From the NCBI RefSeq assembly GCF_037042905.1, contig NC_087251.1, forward strand, positions 42,410,001 through 42,474,000: 64,000 nt of DNA, read 5' to 3'. Numbering within the stretch: the stretch's first letter is position 1; every line of letters begins with the position of its first letter. Source of the DNA: Lytechinus pictus (taxonomy: Eukaryota). A program made the translations under genes and the position numbers. Below, piece after piece: positions 62,252-64,000 of this stretch. The notes beneath the pieces were generated by a model, which ran no database searches, was not told where the DNA came from, and saw nothing but the letters and a program-made list of their open reading frames with translations.

Positions 62252-64000
62252 TATATACAAACTTAAAATGGCACAACCACAGATGCATTTAAAACGGATT
62301 ACCAATTTTTTTTACCAGACGGCTATTGAGAAGAAACGCATTGCATTTACTCACCGTGTATACACATGAAAATATCTTTGATTTGTAATAACACGATTAC
62401 ACTTGAACAGGCACGTTATAAATGTGTATTTGCAATACCTAAATATTGTGTCATTATTTGCAATTGAACGTTGACGTTGCATCATTGATTATTTGCAATA
62501 AATTCCTTAACCTACAAAATCACGTTTATCTTCCGCTAATTGAACAGATAACATCATAGAAAGTATTCGTTTAGAAATGGTTTGAGTAGAAAATGAACAA
62601 TAATCAAAGTGTGAAGTAAAAAGCAACAAACAAACCTCAAGTGCGTTTAGACATGGCTTAAATAAAGAAAAGAAAATCCACGATAATCCTACAGTTTCAA
62701 GCAAAACAACATCAACAAAAAAATAAACAAATGATATTGAAATAAAATAACAATTATCACGATTTCATTAATCCAGATCCTTATGCTTATGACCGCCCAC
62801 AGGGAGTGGGCTTCAATATTAGTTAAACAGGTCAGCTATTCTCAAATAAATTTCGGGAACATCATGTGTCAATCTTTGAGACAGCAAATCAGACTCTCAG
62901 ATTATTAATTGCAAATTCGCAAGGAACTGAATGAATGGAAATGGTCAGATTGTAGTAAATGAAATTTACAATTAATTATACGATTCATACTTACATTATC
63001 TACAACAAGATTTTACAAACCCATATTGAATACTAATTAAATTAATAAATAACAGTGATTGAATACATACAAGCAAAATCAACATCGAGTATGATTACAA
63101 AACAGTAATGGTCATTTTAATGACCGTCTAGCCATCTGGGTCAAATAAACATTATAAAAATGAATTTGATTCTATAGTTCCCACCAACGACCGTAGTCCG
63201 CTCCGATCGCGATGTTCGTTGGTTCGAACATTAGTACCTTCGTGAATGAGGAAAACATAAAAACCTGACACTACAAATCACAAGAAAATTATATAATCAG
63301 TGAATTTGTAGCAGTATAAACAACAACAACAGCAGATTTTAAATTTTCTATTTTTCGTGGATAATAAAGGGGAGAATATACACCAAGTGGTATTAAAAAA
63401 ACCCCTAAATATAAATATTTAGCCCAGGCAGTATACAGTCTTGTCACGTTTAAGTTAAATGTTTACATCAAGCATTTATTCATATTTTATATGTTTACCT
63501 TCATATATTTTTAGAAATTAGTTTAAACAACCTTCGCTTCGCTGAGAGGTACTTCTTTATACTTGTAAATCGTTTGATAATGATCTTGATATATATATGA
63601 TATATAAATCACTTTTTGAATAAAATGATTTTGTACATGAACATTAAGGTTGTTATTTTATGAAAATAAATAACAATGCCAGATACTTTAAAAACTGTAC
63701 AACATCATGAATAAAAAAATGTCATCTTTGCGTAACTACATATAACTTTTTTATCATGATTTTTGTCATCATGTGCATTTGTAACGTTACATATGGCAGC
63801 CGATTATACAGTGCGTCCCCCAAAAGAAACCAAAGGTTCCCAGTTATTTTTCAGCATGGACAAATAGTTTATGATTTATTTACATTTTCATAGGCTCGTT
63901 TTTTCTTCACATTACTTTCATAAATTATATGACACTTAACAATCACACATCGAAACGTTAATGTCGAAATCATGTTGCGCAAAAAGATTGGGCAAGATTT

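Noticed and set aside
55200..64000. Short ORFs, and a possible minus-strand 3' UTR (AATAAA near 60840) of a gene outside the window
   Set aside because: No coding exon or homology is recognisable. The region is mostly AT-rich DNA and MITE fragments, so the call cannot be supported from this window.

Overview
AT-rich, intron-rich eukaryotic DNA. The poly-G MITEs, tRNA-SINEs and gene structures suggest an invertebrate deuterostome such as a sea urchin, but this is inference only. I reconstructed four complete spliced genes by hand, all with GT-AG junctions and consistent phases, arranged as two head-to-head pairs. Pair 1 is CDKN3 (-, 6 exons, 223 aa) with CEP15/C3orf14-like (+, 4 exons, 115 aa). 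Pair 2 is SF3B2 (-, 20 coding exons, about 1475 aa, including a 1.84-kb Met/Gln/Pro-repeat exon) with MRPL11 (+, 4 coding exons, 192 aa). Introns and intergenic DNA are dense in mobile elements: an intact DD34E Tc1 transposon, a 2.5-kb Helentron-like non-autonomous element carrying a tRNA-derived Pol III cassette, non-LTR fragments, SINEs, and many MITEs with Harbinger-, Kolobok-, piggyBac-, hAT- or P-like ends. I see no CRISPR array, rRNA or true tRNA gene, and no clearly new biological system. The best leads are the expanded SF3B2 repeat exon, the triplicated start/uORF leader of the Tc1, the Pol III-carrying rolling-circle element with a nested hairpin element, and a candidate alternative membrane-anchor exon of CDKN3. 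All coordinates were read by eye and may be off by a few bases.
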